64,000 nt of DNA, taken from the NCBI GenBank assembly GCA_036229005.1, contig JAZAMN010000025.1, positions 1-64,000 on the forward strand, given 5' to 3'. The DNA is from Myxococcota bacterium. Its GTDB lineage: Bacteria; Myxococcota_A; UBA796; CAJQPC01. The notes under the pieces are model-generated. The model saw nothing but the letters and a program-made list of their open reading frames with translations, searched no databases and was not told the DNA's origin. The translations under genes were made by a program, and so were the position numbers. Shown here in pieces: positions 9,622 to 18,754 of the stretch (position 1 is its first letter; each line of letters begins with the position of its first letter).

Positions 9622-9986
9622 CAGGACTCCCCGTCGTCTTCGAGCAGCGCGCTCAGGCGCTCCAGCTCGTCCGGGGGGAGCTCGCCGTCGTCGACGAGCT
9701 GTCGGACCAGGGCGCTCGCGGAGCCCTCGAAGAGGCTGCCCACCAGGTGCTTGAGCTGGCGGCTGCGGTAGCTGCGGCGGTCGATGCTGGGGTGGTAGCG
9801 GTGGCTGCGGCCCTCTGCCGTGGTGTGGGCGAAGCCCTTGTCCACCAGGATGCGCAGGATGGTGGAGACCGTGGTGTGCGCGCGGTCGTCGCCCAGAGCC
9901 TCGCGGGCCTCGCGGGCGGTGCTGGGGCCGTGGCTCCACAGCAGCTTCATGAGCTCGAGCTCGGTGGGGGTGAGCAGCTTGGACAT
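9621..9986 (-). CDS. BlaI/MecI/CopY family transcriptional repressor
   Basis: LTPTELELMKLLW, AHTTVSTILRILVDKG, GRSHRY and LFEGSASALVRQLV; directly upstream of the M56 gene. Confidence 0.93.
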   Translation of the reverse strand: MSKLLTPTELELMKLLWSHGPSTAREAREALGDDRAHTTVSTILRILVDKGFAHTTAEGRSHRYHPSIDRRSYRSRQLKHLVGSLFEGSASALVRQLVDDGELPPDELERLSALLEDDGES

Positions 9987-10011
9987 CGCGTCTCCGAGGG
10001 GGTGTACGGAG

Positions 10012-10055
10012 ATTAACGAAAGTCTTCGTTGATAACAACTAAGATCTTCGTTGAT
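10012..10055. promoter_or_regulatory. Two tandem palindromic operators, probable BlaI-family binding sites
   Basis: AACGAA-AGTC-TTCGTT (10015-10030) and AACTAA-GATC-TTCGTT (10037-10052), centres 22 bp apart, in an AT-rich patch just upstream of the repressor start. Confidence 0.7.
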
Positions 10056-10062
10056 TGCGCCC

Positions 10063-10093
10063 AAAAGAAAAGGCCGACGCGTCTGCGCCGGCC
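10063..10093 (-). terminator. Intrinsic terminator after the desaturase gene
   Basis: Minus strand reads GGCCGGCGC-AGAC-GCGTCGGCC followed by TTTTCTTTT. Confidence 0.8.
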
Positions 10094-10116
10094 CTCACTC
10101 AGTCAAAAGCGCAGCT

Positions 10117-11085
10117 TCAAGCGGCGGTGCTCTTGGCGAACAGGTGCCGCAGCTCGTCCGGGGGCAGGGGCTTCTCGCCGGCCATCTGCTTCCAGAACTC
10201 CCCGTGGAAGTAGTAGGGGTGCAGCTCCTGGGGCACGATCTCCTTGATCTTCTCGTGGTACGCGGGCAGCAGGTACCAGGGCACGTTCGCGTTGGCGTGG
10301 TGCTCGAAGTGGTAGTTGATCTTGAAGGGGCTGGTGAAGAACTGCAGCGGGTACAGGTAGGTGCGCGAGCGCAGGATGGGGAAGGGCTCGAACTTGAGCC
10401 CGCCGCCGTGCTCCTGGGCCTTCTTGGTGTAGTTCAGGGTCGAGGTGAAGCAGTACCCGATGTACAGCGCGCCCACGCCCCAGAAGCCGGCCATCAGGAA
10501 GGCCAGCAGGGCCAGGGGACCCAGGAAGAGCGCGCCCTTGGCCAGGCGAGCGGCGCCGCCCTCGTACTTCCCGGAGGGGTTCTGGCTCATGAAGTAGAAG
10601 GGGATCAGCCAGATCTTGGCGAACTTGGTGTAGAGCTCGCGGCCGGTGATGGGGTCGCGATCCTGGGGGTCCACGTCCTCGCAGGGGCGGGTGTGGTGGA
10701 TGGCGTGGCCCTCCTCCCAGTGCTTGATGTACTCGGTGAACACCATGGCGGAGGCGAACTTGCCGATGCGGCGGTTGAGCTCGCCCTGCTTGTCCCGGTC
10801 CTCGTCCAGCAGGTACATGTTGTGGCTGCACTCGTGGATGATCAGCACGAAGTGGCCCAGGATGACGCAGCCGATGTAGAGGCCGGCGAGCACCATCCAG
10901 ACGGGCATCAGCACGGGCGCGAAGGCCCGCAGCAGGGTGCCGATTCCCAGAACGACGGGCACGGAGCCCCAGAGAGCGGCGGTCCAGAGCAGGTTGCGGC
11001 GGTTGTGTTCTTGGACGTCCTGCTTGCGCCAGTGAAACTCGTTTCCGGCCGAGGCCGCCTTCCGCATCCAGGTGGCTTTCTTCAT
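10117..11085 (-). CDS. Membrane fatty acid desaturase family protein
   Basis: Three His boxes HECSH, HAIHH, HFEHH plus TM segments and VPWYLLP. Confidence 0.88.
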   Translation of the reverse strand: MKKATWMRKAASAGNEFHWRKQDVQEHNRRNLLWTAALWGSVPVVLGIGTLLRAFAPVLMPVWMVLAGLYIGCVILGHFVLIIHECSHNMYLLDEDRDKQGELNRRIGKFASAMVFTEYIKHWEEGHAIHHTRPCEDVDPQDRDPITGRELYTKFAKIWLIPFYFMSQNPSGKYEGGAARLAKGALFLGPLALLAFLMAGFWGVGALYIGYCFTSTLNYTKKAQEHGGGLKFEPFPILRSRTYLYPLQFFTSPFKINYHFEHHANANVPWYLLPAYHEKIKEIVPQELHPYYFHGEFWKQMAGEKPLPPDELRHLFAKSTAA

Positions 11086-11240
11086 GCTTCTCTCGTGGGC
11101 GCAGCTTCGGAAGCTACGTCGTCGTTACTTCTGGTCCTTCTATTGTGCGTTCGGATAAGGCGCCATCGCCAGCGCAACCCGCGGAAGCTGCGCAACCGCA
11201 GGGAATCGGACACATCTTGGCCCCTGGAGCCCCCCAGCCC

Positions 11241-12305
11241 ATGCAGATCGCCGCAGTCGGCCACGCCTTCCCTGACAACTACTACGACCAGGACGCGCTC
11301 ATCGCGAAGCTGATGGAGGTCTGGGGGCAGCGGCACCACAACCTCTCTCGGCTGGAGCGGATCCACCGCAATGTGCTGGTGGGCGGTCGACACCTGGCGC
11401 TGCCTCTGGACGCCTACGAGGACCTGCGGGGCTTCGGCGACGCGAACGACGCCTGGATCTCCGTCGCCGTCGAGCTCGGCGAGCGGGCCATCCGGCGCGC
11501 CCTGGAGGCAAGCGGGGTCCCCGCGGAGAAGGTGGGGGCCATCATCTTCACCTCGGTCACGGGCATCGCCACGCCCAGCATCGAGGCGCGCATCATGAAC
11601 CGCATCCCGGAGCTGCCCCGGCACCTCAAGCGCATCCCCATGTTCGGGCTGGGCTGCGTGGCGGGGGCGGCCGGGGTCGCCCGGGCGGCGGATTACGTCA
11701 AGGCCTGGCCGGATCAGGTCGCCCTGCTGCTGTCCGTGGAGCTCTGCTCGCTGACCATCCAGCGGCAGGACCTGAGCATCCCCAACCTGATCTCCTCGGG
11801 CTTGTTCGGGGATGGCGCCGCGTGCGCGGTGGTCTGTGGGGAGCAGGTGAGCCCCGGGAACTCCGAGGGCCCCCGCGTCCTCGGCACCCGCTCGGTCTTC
11901 TACTCCGACACCGAGCGCGTGATGGGCTGGGACATCGGCTCGGAGGGCTTCAAGATCGTGCTCTCCGCGGACGTGCCCCAGATGGTCACCGACAACCTGC
12001 GCGGGGACGTGGACGCCTTCCTGGAGGCCCACGGGCTCAGCCTGGACGACATCGGCTCCTTTGTGTGCCACCCCGGCGGGCCCAAGGTGCTGCTGGCCTT
12101 CGAGTCCGCCTTGGAGCGCCCCCGCGAGGCCTTTCAGCTCACCTGGGACAGCCTGCAGCAGGTGGGCAACCTGTCCAGCTCGTCGGTGCTGCTGGTGCTG
12201 CAGGAGACCATGAAGCCCGAGCACCGGCCCCCCGCCGGCAGCCTGGGCCTGATGCTCGCGATGGGCCCGGCCTTCTGCTCCGAGCTGGTGCTGCTGCAGT
12301 GGTGA
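11241..12305 (+). CDS. Type III polyketide synthase (FtpA/SrsA/BpsA-like)
   Basis: Cys-His-Asn triad motifs FGLGCVAG, CHPGGPKVL, GNLSS; VELCS; LFGDGA; MGPAF. Confidence 0.93.
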   Translation: MQIAAVGHAFPDNYYDQDALIAKLMEVWGQRHHNLSRLERIHRNVLVGGRHLALPLDAYEDLRGFGDANDAWISVAVELGERAIRRALEASGVPAEKVGAIIFTSVTGIATPSIEARIMNRIPELPRHLKRIPMFGLGCVAGAAGVARAADYVKAWPDQVALLLSVELCSLTIQRQDLSIPNLISSGLFGDGAACAVVCGEQVSPGNSEGPRVLGTRSVFYSDTERVMGWDIGSEGFKIVLSADVPQMVTDNLRGDVDAFLEAHGLSLDDIGSFVCHPGGPKVLLAFESALERPREAFQLTWDSLQQVGNLSSSSVLLVLQETMKPEHRPPAGSLGLMLAMGPAFCSELVLLQW

Positions 12306-12895
12306 TCTCCCCCAGCCAGTGGGCCTTCCTGGCGGTCTTCGCGCTGGTCGCCATCGAGCGCATCGTGGAGCTGTTCGTCTCCAAGCGCAACGCCCAGGCG
12401 GCCTTTGACCGCGGCGGCAAGGAGTACGGCCAGGGCCACTTTGGCGTGATGAAGGCGCTGCACACCAGCTTCCTGTTCGCGGCGCCCGCCGAGGTCCTCG
12501 TCTTCGACCGGCCCTTCATCCCGTGGTTGTTCGGGGCCTGTCTGGTCGGCGTGGTGGGGACGATGGTGCTGCGCTACTGGGCCATCACCTCCCTGGACGG
12601 CCGCTGGAACACCCGCGTCATCGTCGTCCCCGGCGCGCCCGCGGTCACCGGCGGCCCCTACCGCTTCCTGCGACACCCCAACTACGTGGCCGTCGTGCTG
12701 GAGCTGGCCCTGCTGCCCCTGATGCACGGCGCCTGGCTCACCGCGGCGATCTGGGGCGTGGCCAACCTGATCCTGCTCCGGGTCCGCATCCGCTGCGAAG
12801 AGCAGGCCCTGGCCGACGCCTGCGAATACGAGGCCCGAATGGGGGACCGCAGCCGCTTCGTCCCCGGGCTGCCCCCCTCCAAGGAAGAGACATGA
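12302..12895 (+). CDS. Isoprenylcysteine carboxyl methyltransferase family (FtpB/SrsB/BpsB-like O-methyltransferase)
   Basis: ELFVSKRN, EYGQGH, WNTRVIV, GPYRFLRHPNY, RIRCEEQAL; GTGA overlap with the PKS gene. Confidence 0.9.
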   Translation: MISPSQWAFLAVFALVAIERIVELFVSKRNAQAAFDRGGKEYGQGHFGVMKALHTSFLFAAPAEVLVFDRPFIPWLFGACLVGVVGTMVLRYWAITSLDGRWNTRVIVVPGAPAVTGGPYRFLRHPNYVAVVLELALLPLMHGAWLTAAIWGVANLILLRVRIRCEEQALADACEYEARMGDRSRFVPGLPPSKEET

Positions 12896-13155
12896 GCGCA
12901 CCCAGCGACGAGACCCTGCTGGCCGGCATCGCCGCCGTCGCGGCCGAGCACCTGGACCACCACGACCCCATCACGCCCCAGACCTCGCTGGTCAGCGCGA
13001 TGTCCCTGGACTCGATCCGCATGCTCACGCTGGTCGTGGAGCTGGAGAACCACTTCAAGGTCATGCTCGAAGAGGGCGACGAGCAGGGCATCGAGACGGT
13101 CGGTGACCTGATGGGGGTGTTGCGCGCGCGCATGCAGGAGCAGGCGGGTGCCTGA
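12892..13155 (+). CDS. Acyl carrier protein
   Basis: Acidic 87-aa protein with LDSIRMLTLVVELENHF (phosphopantetheine Ser) and IETVGDL; ATGA overlap. Confidence 0.9.
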   Translation: MSAPSDETLLAGIAAVAAEHLDHHDPITPQTSLVSAMSLDSIRMLTLVVELENHFKVMLEEGDEQGIETVGDLMGVLRARMQEQAGA

Positions 13156-14884
13156 GTACCAGACCCTCAACCAGGCGCTGGACGACCTGGGCCCTCAGCA
13201 GGACGCCACCCTGCGCTTTTTGGACCGGCGCGAGCGGGCCACCGAGATCCCCTGGTCCCAGATGCGCGAGCAGGCCCTGCAGGTCGCCGGACAGCTCATG
13301 GCGCTGGGGGTCGAGCACGGCGAGCGCGTCATCCTGGTGTTCGCGACCGAGCCCGACTTCTTCCGCGCCTTCTTCGGCTGCACCCTGGCCGGCGCCGTCC
13401 CGTGCCCGGTCTACCCGCCGGTGCGCCTGGGCCGGATGGAGCACTACCACGCCAAGACCGCCCGCATGGTCGCGCTCTCCGGGGCCCGCCTGATCCTGGC
13501 CGGGGACAAGGTGAAGAAGGTGCTGGGTGGTGTGGTCGAGCGCGCGCGGCCCACCCTGGGTTGCCTGCAGCTCTCCGAGCTCCCCAAGGCGGCTCCCGAC
13601 CGCCGCGAGGTCACCCCGGACGATCTCGCCATGCTCCAGTTCTCCAGCGGGACCACCGTGGACCCCAAGCCCGTGGCGCTCACCCACGGGGCCGTGAGCG
13701 CGCAGACCAACGCGCTGCTCCACCACCTGCTCCAGGACGCCAAAGATGTGCCCCAGGCCGGCGTGAGCTGGCTGCCGCTCTACCACGACATGGGCCTGAT
13801 CGGCTGCGTGTTCCCCAGCCTCTTCCACCCCGGCGACCTGACCCTGATGGGCCCCGAGGTGTTCATCGCCCGGCCGGCCATGTGGTTGCGGGCGCTGTCC
13901 AAGTACGGGGGCGTGATCTCGCCGGCCCCCAACTTTGCCTACGGGCTCTGCCTGGACCGCATCAAGGACGAGCAGCTCGAGGGCGTGGACCTCTCCGGCT
14001 GGCGCGTGGCGCTCAATGGCGCCGAGCCGGTGGCCCCCCAGGTGCTCCGGGACTTCCAGGACAGATTCGCCAAGTGGGGCTTTCAACCTGAGTCTCTCTC
14101 GCCTGTGTATGGGCTGAGCGAGGCGAGCCTGGCGGTGACCTTCTCGGATCTGGGCACACCCTTTCGGGCCACGCGCTTTGACCCCCACGCCCTGGCAGAG
14201 GGCCGCGCAGTCGAGGACAGTGAGGGCCAGGAGATCGTGTCCGTCGGCACGCCCATCCGCGGCTTCCAGGTGCAGATCCGCGACGCCGACCACCAGCACC
14301 TGCCCGACGGGCGCCTGGGCACGGTCTGGTGCACCGGCCCCAGCCTGCTGCGGGAGTACCTGGGCAACCCCGAGGCCACCGCCCGCGCCCTGGTCGACGG
14401 CTGGCTGGACACCGGGGATCAGGGCTTCATCCACGACGGCGAGCTCTACCTGAGCGGCCGCATCAAGGACCTGCTCATCCTCAACGGGCGCAACCACGCG
14501 CCGCACCCGGTGGAGCAGGCCGTGGATGGGCTGCCGGGGGTGCGCACGGGCTGCGCGGCGGCGGTGTCCTACCGGGACGAGAGCGCGGCGAGTGAGCAGC
14601 TCGTGCTCTTTGTGGAGCACGGCAGTGAGGCCTCGCCGGCGCAGATCAGTGGCATGGCGGAGGCCTGCGCAGAGGCCGTGTTGGTGGGGACGGGGCTGGT
14701 GTGCGCCCAGGTCCTCGTCCTCCCCCCGGGGACCCTGCCGCGCACCAGTTCGGGCAAGATCCGGCGCAGCGAGGCCCTGCGGCAGCACCTGGCCGGAGAG
14801 CTGGTTCCCCCCGACAAGGTGCATCTGCTGCGGGTCGCGGGGATCCTGGCGCGCAGCGCGCTGGGCTTCTGGAGAGCGCGGTGA
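13148..14884 (+). CDS. Fatty acyl-AMP ligase (FAAL)
   Basis: LQFSSGTT, SWLPLYHDMGLIG, PNFAY, NGAEP, YGLSEA, TGDQG, GRIKD, LPRTSSGKIRR. Confidence 0.92.
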   Translation: MPEYQTLNQALDDLGPQQDATLRFLDRRERATEIPWSQMREQALQVAGQLMALGVEHGERVILVFATEPDFFRAFFGCTLAGAVPCPVYPPVRLGRMEHYHAKTARMVALSGARLILAGDKVKKVLGGVVERARPTLGCLQLSELPKAAPDRREVTPDDLAMLQFSSGTTVDPKPVALTHGAVSAQTNALLHHLLQDAKDVPQAGVSWLPLYHDMGLIGCVFPSLFHPGDLTLMGPEVFIARPAMWLRALSKYGGVISPAPNFAYGLCLDRIKDEQLEGVDLSGWRVALNGAEPVAPQVLRDFQDRFAKWGFQPESLSPVYGLSEASLAVTFSDLGTPFRATRFDPHALAEGRAVEDSEGQEIVSVGTPIRGFQVQIRDADHQHLPDGRLGTVWCTGPSLLREYLGNPEATARALVDGWLDTGDQGFIHDGELYLSGRIKDLLILNGRNHAPHPVEQAVDGLPGVRTGCAAAVSYRDESAASEQLVLFVEHGSEASPAQISGMAEACAEAVLVGTGLVCAQVLVLPPGTLPRTSSGKIRRSEALRQHLAGELVPPDKVHLLRVAGILARSALGFWRAR

Positions 14885-15945
14885 GCCTGCCGGATGTGCT
14901 GATCGTGGGCGGCGGGCCGGTGGGCCTGGTCACCGCCATCCACGCAGCGCAGGCCGGCATGAAGGTGCAGCTCATCGAGGCGCGCACGCCCAGCCAGGAC
15001 GGGCTGGACAAGGCCTGCGGAGAGGGCCTGATGCCCATGGGTGTGCGGCACCTGGAGTCTCTGGGGGTGAGCCTGGAGCCCAGCGGCACGCACCCCTTCA
15101 CGGGGATCCTCTGGCAGGAGGGGGGACACCGGGCGGAGGCGACCTTTCCCCACGGGCAGGGCCTGGGGGTGCGGCGGCTCGCGCTGCATCGGGGGCTGGT
15201 GGCGCGGGCGACGGAGCTGGGCGTCGAGCTGCGCTTTGGGCTGCGGGCCCAGGCGCTGTGTCCGGGCGGCGTGTTCACCGAGGCGGGGCCCCTGAACGCG
15301 GGCTTGATCGTGGGCGCGGACGGGCTGCACTCCAAGCTGCGCAAGTGGGCGGGGCTGCACCGCGGCGTCGGGCCCACCAAGCGCTTTGGTCTGCGCCGGC
15401 ACGTGGAGCTGGCCCCCTGGACCGACCGGGTCGAGGTGCACCTGGGCCCCCAGGCCGAGTGCTACCTGACCCCCGTGGGCCCCAATGAGGTCGGCGTGGC
15501 CTTCCTGTGGTCGGGCTTCAAGGCCAACTACCACCAGCTCCTGGCGCGCTTTCCCCAGGTGGCCCAGCGGGTGGGGCAGGCTCCCCAGCGCTCTCGGGAC
15601 ATGGGCAGCGGGCCGCTGGAGCAGAGGGTGTCCAGCCCCCTGAACCTGGAACACCGCCTGGCCCTGGTAGGGGACGCCGCTGGGTATTTGGACGCGTGCA
15701 CCGGCGAGGGCCTCTCGCTGGGCTTCAAGCAGGGGCAGGCCCTGGTGCGCCTCTTTGGAGAGGGCCGGCTGGAGCGCTACCCGGCCGCCCACCGCCGCAT
15801 CGTGCGCCTGCCCTTCTGGATGATGCGCGGGCTTCTGCTGGCCGGCAGGGTGGGGCTGCGGGGCCCGATGGTGGGGGCCCTGGAGCGCATGCCGGGGCTG
15901 TTCGGGCGGGTGCTGGCCGCCAACGACGGGGTGTGGCGGCCCTGA
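14881..15945 (+). CDS. FAD-dependent oxidoreductase/monooxygenase (FtpE/SrsC-like)
   Basis: GGGPVG, DKACGEGLMP, GADGLHS, GDAAGYLDACTGEG; GTGA overlap. Confidence 0.88.
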   Translation: MSLPDVLIVGGGPVGLVTAIHAAQAGMKVQLIEARTPSQDGLDKACGEGLMPMGVRHLESLGVSLEPSGTHPFTGILWQEGGHRAEATFPHGQGLGVRRLALHRGLVARATELGVELRFGLRAQALCPGGVFTEAGPLNAGLIVGADGLHSKLRKWAGLHRGVGPTKRFGLRRHVELAPWTDRVEVHLGPQAECYLTPVGPNEVGVAFLWSGFKANYHQLLARFPQVAQRVGQAPQRSRDMGSGPLEQRVSSPLNLEHRLALVGDAAGYLDACTGEGLSLGFKQGQALVRLFGEGRLERYPAAHRRIVRLPFWMMRGLLLAGRVGLRGPMVGALERMPGLFGRVLAANDGVWRP

Positions 15946-15954
15946 GCGCGGGTT

Positions 15955-16728
15955 TCAGTCCTGCAGGGTGAAGCGCAGGGTGAGCACGAAGGTCGCGGCC
16001 TTCCGGGTGCCGTCGACGTCCTTGTAGGGGCGGAAGCGCCACTGGCTGGCGGCCTTCACCGCAGCGTCCTGGAAGGCCACGGGGCAGCGCTCGACGCGCA
16101 CCTGGGTCACCCGGCCGCGCTCGTCCACGAACATGCGCACCGAGCAGTCGCCCTCCAGGCCCAGCTCCCGGGCGCTGGCGGGGTACTGGGGGGCGACCTG
16201 GCGGGTGGGGGTGAGCTGGCTGGCGTGTACGGCGGTGGGCGCGGCCGTGCAGTCCTGGCCGCTGCCGCAGAGCACGCCGTTGGTCACGCCGCCCTTGGTG
16301 CCGCCGAACACGCCGCCGGCCTCCCCATCGGGATCGCCCATCAGGGTGCCGTCGGGGGTTCCCTTGGGTGGGGTGTCCAGGGCGGCCATGGCCGGCGCGG
16401 GGGTTGGGGTCAGGGTGTCCTCGTCTGCGGGCGCAGGGTCGGGCTCGGGCGTGGGGGCCACGGGATCTGGGGCGGTGGGGGACACCGTGTCGGGGGCCTC
16501 AGAGCCGTCCTCGACCCCCAGCTTGGGTGGCGGCGGAGGAGGGGCCGGGAGGTCGGCCAGCTCGTCGAAGTCCACCTGCACCGCCTGGACGGGGATGTGC
16601 TCCACAAGCTGACTCCCGGACATCAGCGAGGCGCTGCCCAGGGCGAGCAGGGCCAGCACCGAGAGCATCGCGGCTCCCGCCTGGCGCTTGCGGTTTCGGG
16701 GGGCGGGCTGTCCCAGGTGATCGAACAT
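15955..16728 (-). CDS. tonB: Energy transducer TonB family protein
   Basis: N-terminal TM, Pro-rich spacer with GGVxGG, C-terminal PQYPASARELGLEG...VDERGRV...QWRFRP. Confidence 0.8.
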   Translation of the reverse strand: MFDHLGQPAPRNRKRQAGAAMLSVLALLALGSASLMSGSQLVEHIPVQAVQVDFDELADLPAPPPPPPKLGVEDGSEAPDTVSPTAPDPVAPTPEPDPAPADEDTLTPTPAPAMAALDTPPKGTPDGTLMGDPDGEAGGVFGGTKGGVTNGVLCGSGQDCTAAPTAVHASQLTPTRQVAPQYPASARELGLEGDCSVRMFVDERGRVTQVRVERCPVAFQDAAVKAASQWRFRPYKDVDGTRKAATFVLTLRFTLQD

Positions 16729-16808
16729 GGAGGCTCCGGTGTGCAGCTCTGGACAAGGGGTGCGCGCTGGGGTTCCCGCTGTTCACCGGCGCGGGATATG
16801 AGCGGGGC

Positions 16809-17324
16809 ATGCTGCTGATCCTGCTGGCCTGCACGGCCCCCTCCGACACCGCCGACTCCAACCCCGCCGCGCTCCCGGAGCCCTGGGTGGACCACTACCA
16901 GGCCACCTCGGTGATCCAGGCCGGGGGCTTCTCCTTTGACGAGGAGTACCTGGTCCGGCGCATGGTGGACCCGCCCGCGGGCCGCATCGTGGAAGAGTTC
17001 ATCGCCACGGCCGACGGCACCCTGACCGAGACCACCCTGGAGATCGACGCGGACGCGGCGACCTTCACCCTGAGCTTCTCGGACGACTCCTACTCGGGGA
17101 CGGGCACGCTGGAGGGGCCGGCGTGGGCCTGGACGGGCTGGGAGAGCCACTCCGTCGCCCAGGACGGCAGCACGGTCGACTCCGTGGACACGGTGGACGA
17201 GGCGGGTGCCATCCACGCGGAGAAGGTGGGGTACAACGCCCAGGGTGAGCAGGAGTGGACCCTGGTCGAGGATCTGGCGCCCATCAGCGAGGACACCTGG
17301 ACCGAGCTGCACGGCGCCCTCTGA
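16809..17324 (+). CDS. Hypothetical acidic beta-rich lipoprotein
   Basis: MLLILLAC N-terminus; high GC3 from 16809 onward. Confidence 0.7.
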   Translation: MLLILLACTAPSDTADSNPAALPEPWVDHYQATSVIQAGGFSFDEEYLVRRMVDPPAGRIVEEFIATADGTLTETTLEIDADAATFTLSFSDDSYSGTGTLEGPAWAWTGWESHSVAQDGSTVDSVDTVDEAGAIHAEKVGYNAQGEQEWTLVEDLAPISEDTWTELHGAL

Positions 17325-17351
17325 GCCCGGGGTGCGCCTGGAGCTGAGCGC

Positions 17352-17714
17352 TCAGCAGGCGTCCAGCGTCTCCCAGCTCTCCTGGTCCCAGTCCGAAGGC
17401 AGGCAGTCTTCGTCCAGGTACCAGCCAAAGCCGTCGCCGTCGGTGGCGATGGTCGGCTCTTCGGTGCAGCCCAGGTCGGCGTCGCGGCAGCCCACGTACT
17501 CGAAGACCGCGCTGTCATCGAGGCAGTAGTCCACCCCGTCCGAGTCGGAGCCGGCCAGCTCGTTCAGCGGCTTGGCCAGGATCTCGGTGCAGCGCGGGTC
17601 GGCCTCGCAGCCGGTGGCGGAGAGCGCGGCGCAGCCCTCCAGATCGCCGTTGCAGCCTTCGGCCACGCAGACCTCGCAGGCGGTCAGCAGTCCAAGGAGC
17701 ATCGCGAGCATCAT
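17352..17714 (-). CDS. Small Cys-rich acidic lipoprotein
   Basis: MMLAMLLGLLTAC with many further Cys; ATGA overlap with the upstream gene. Confidence 0.7.
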   Translation of the reverse strand: MMLAMLLGLLTACEVCVAEGCNGDLEGCAALSATGCEADPRCTEILAKPLNELAGSDSDGVDYCLDDSAVFEYVGCRDADLGCTEEPTIATDGDGFGWYLDEDCLPSDWDQESWETLDAC

Positions 17715-18754
17715 TCCCCCCGAGGGTGTGGTGGTGTCTGGGCAGCGGAGCGCGGCTCTCTACCCCTCCGCCTGGAGAGCCCAATGTACTCCAGGCAGGT
17801 GGGATCCAGGCCCTCGATCTCCTCGGTCCACCCCTGTACCCGGGGCAGTAGCTTGCACGCTGTCCAGCGCACCTCGTCCACCGGCGAGGAGAGGGCGTCC
17901 ACGAAGAGCTCGGGGCCTGTGTCCTGGCGGTAGAACGCGCCTTCGATCAGGGCGACCTGCAGATCCACCTGGGCATCGGGGCCCAGCAGCCGCGTGCTGC
18001 CCCCGAAGCCGGCCACGTGGGGGTGGCGCTCCATGCTGGGGGGCAGGATGGGGGGCGTGTAGCGACCCAGGGTGCGCTCCAGGGGCAGAGGCTCGCCGCT
18101 GGGGCAGGGGCCGCTTCCCTCCCAGCAGGCGCGGGCGATCTGCAGGCCCTGGGGGCCGCCGGGGCCCAGGCGCATGGCCTCGATGGCCCAGGCGCTGCGG
18201 GCTTGCGCGCTGAACGCCTCGGCGTCCTGGGCGGCGGTGGGGTCGGCGCTGCCGGAGCCGACGTAGAGGTTGAACCAGGCCCGGGCCATCAGGGTGTCGA
18301 TGGCCTCGGGGGCCACGCCCGGGGGGGCGCCATCCATCGCGGACTCGATGAGGCCCTTGAACTCGGCCATCGCGGGGCCCGCGGGCTGGTCGGGGCGCAG
18401 ACCGGGCTGGCGGGGCAGGCCCCAGGCGGCGTGGGTGATGCAGTTCCGGGCGAAGTCGCCGGCCTGCGCGCACTGGCGGAGCGCCGCGTCGGTGTGGCCG
18501 GCCTTGCCGAGCTCTTCGCCGGCACGGAAGCGGCACTCGTCGGCCCAGAGGCCCTGGAGGGTGGCGCAGGTCTGGTCGACGGTGACGCTGTCTCCCCGGC
18601 CCCCCGCGCTGGCGGCGCGGGTCACAAGGCAGGTGGTGCGGGCGCCGGCCAGGGGCATCTGCTCGCAGGGGGTGCCTGCTTCCGAGGAGAGCTTGCGGGC
18701 GAGCTCCTGCGGAGAGTCGGGGGTCCCGCAGCCGGTGAGCAGCAGCCAGAACAT
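17711..18754 (-). CDS. Lipoprotein with paired-Cys helical repeats
   Basis: MFWLLLTGC; repeats CEQMPLAGARTTC, CATLQGLWADEC, CAQAGDFARNC. Start could also be GTG 18757. Confidence 0.65.
   Translation of the reverse strand: MFWLLLTGCGTPDSPQELARKLSSEAGTPCEQMPLAGARTTCLVTRAASAGGRGDSVTVDQTCATLQGLWADECRFRAGEELGKAGHTDAALRQCAQAGDFARNCITHAAWGLPRQPGLRPDQPAGPAMAEFKGLIESAMDGAPPGVAPEAIDTLMARAWFNLYVGSGSADPTAAQDAEAFSAQARSAWAIEAMRLGPGGPQGLQIARACWEGSGPCPSGEPLPLERTLGRYTPPILPPSMERHPHVAGFGGSTRLLGPDAQVDLQVALIEGAFYRQDTGPELFVDALSSPVDEVRWTACKLLPRVQGWTEEIEGLDPTCLEYIGLSRRRGREPRSAAQTPPHPRGE

Noticed and set aside
8209..9986. Beta-lactam resistance locus
   Set aside because: No beta-lactamase or penicillin-binding sensor domain is present.
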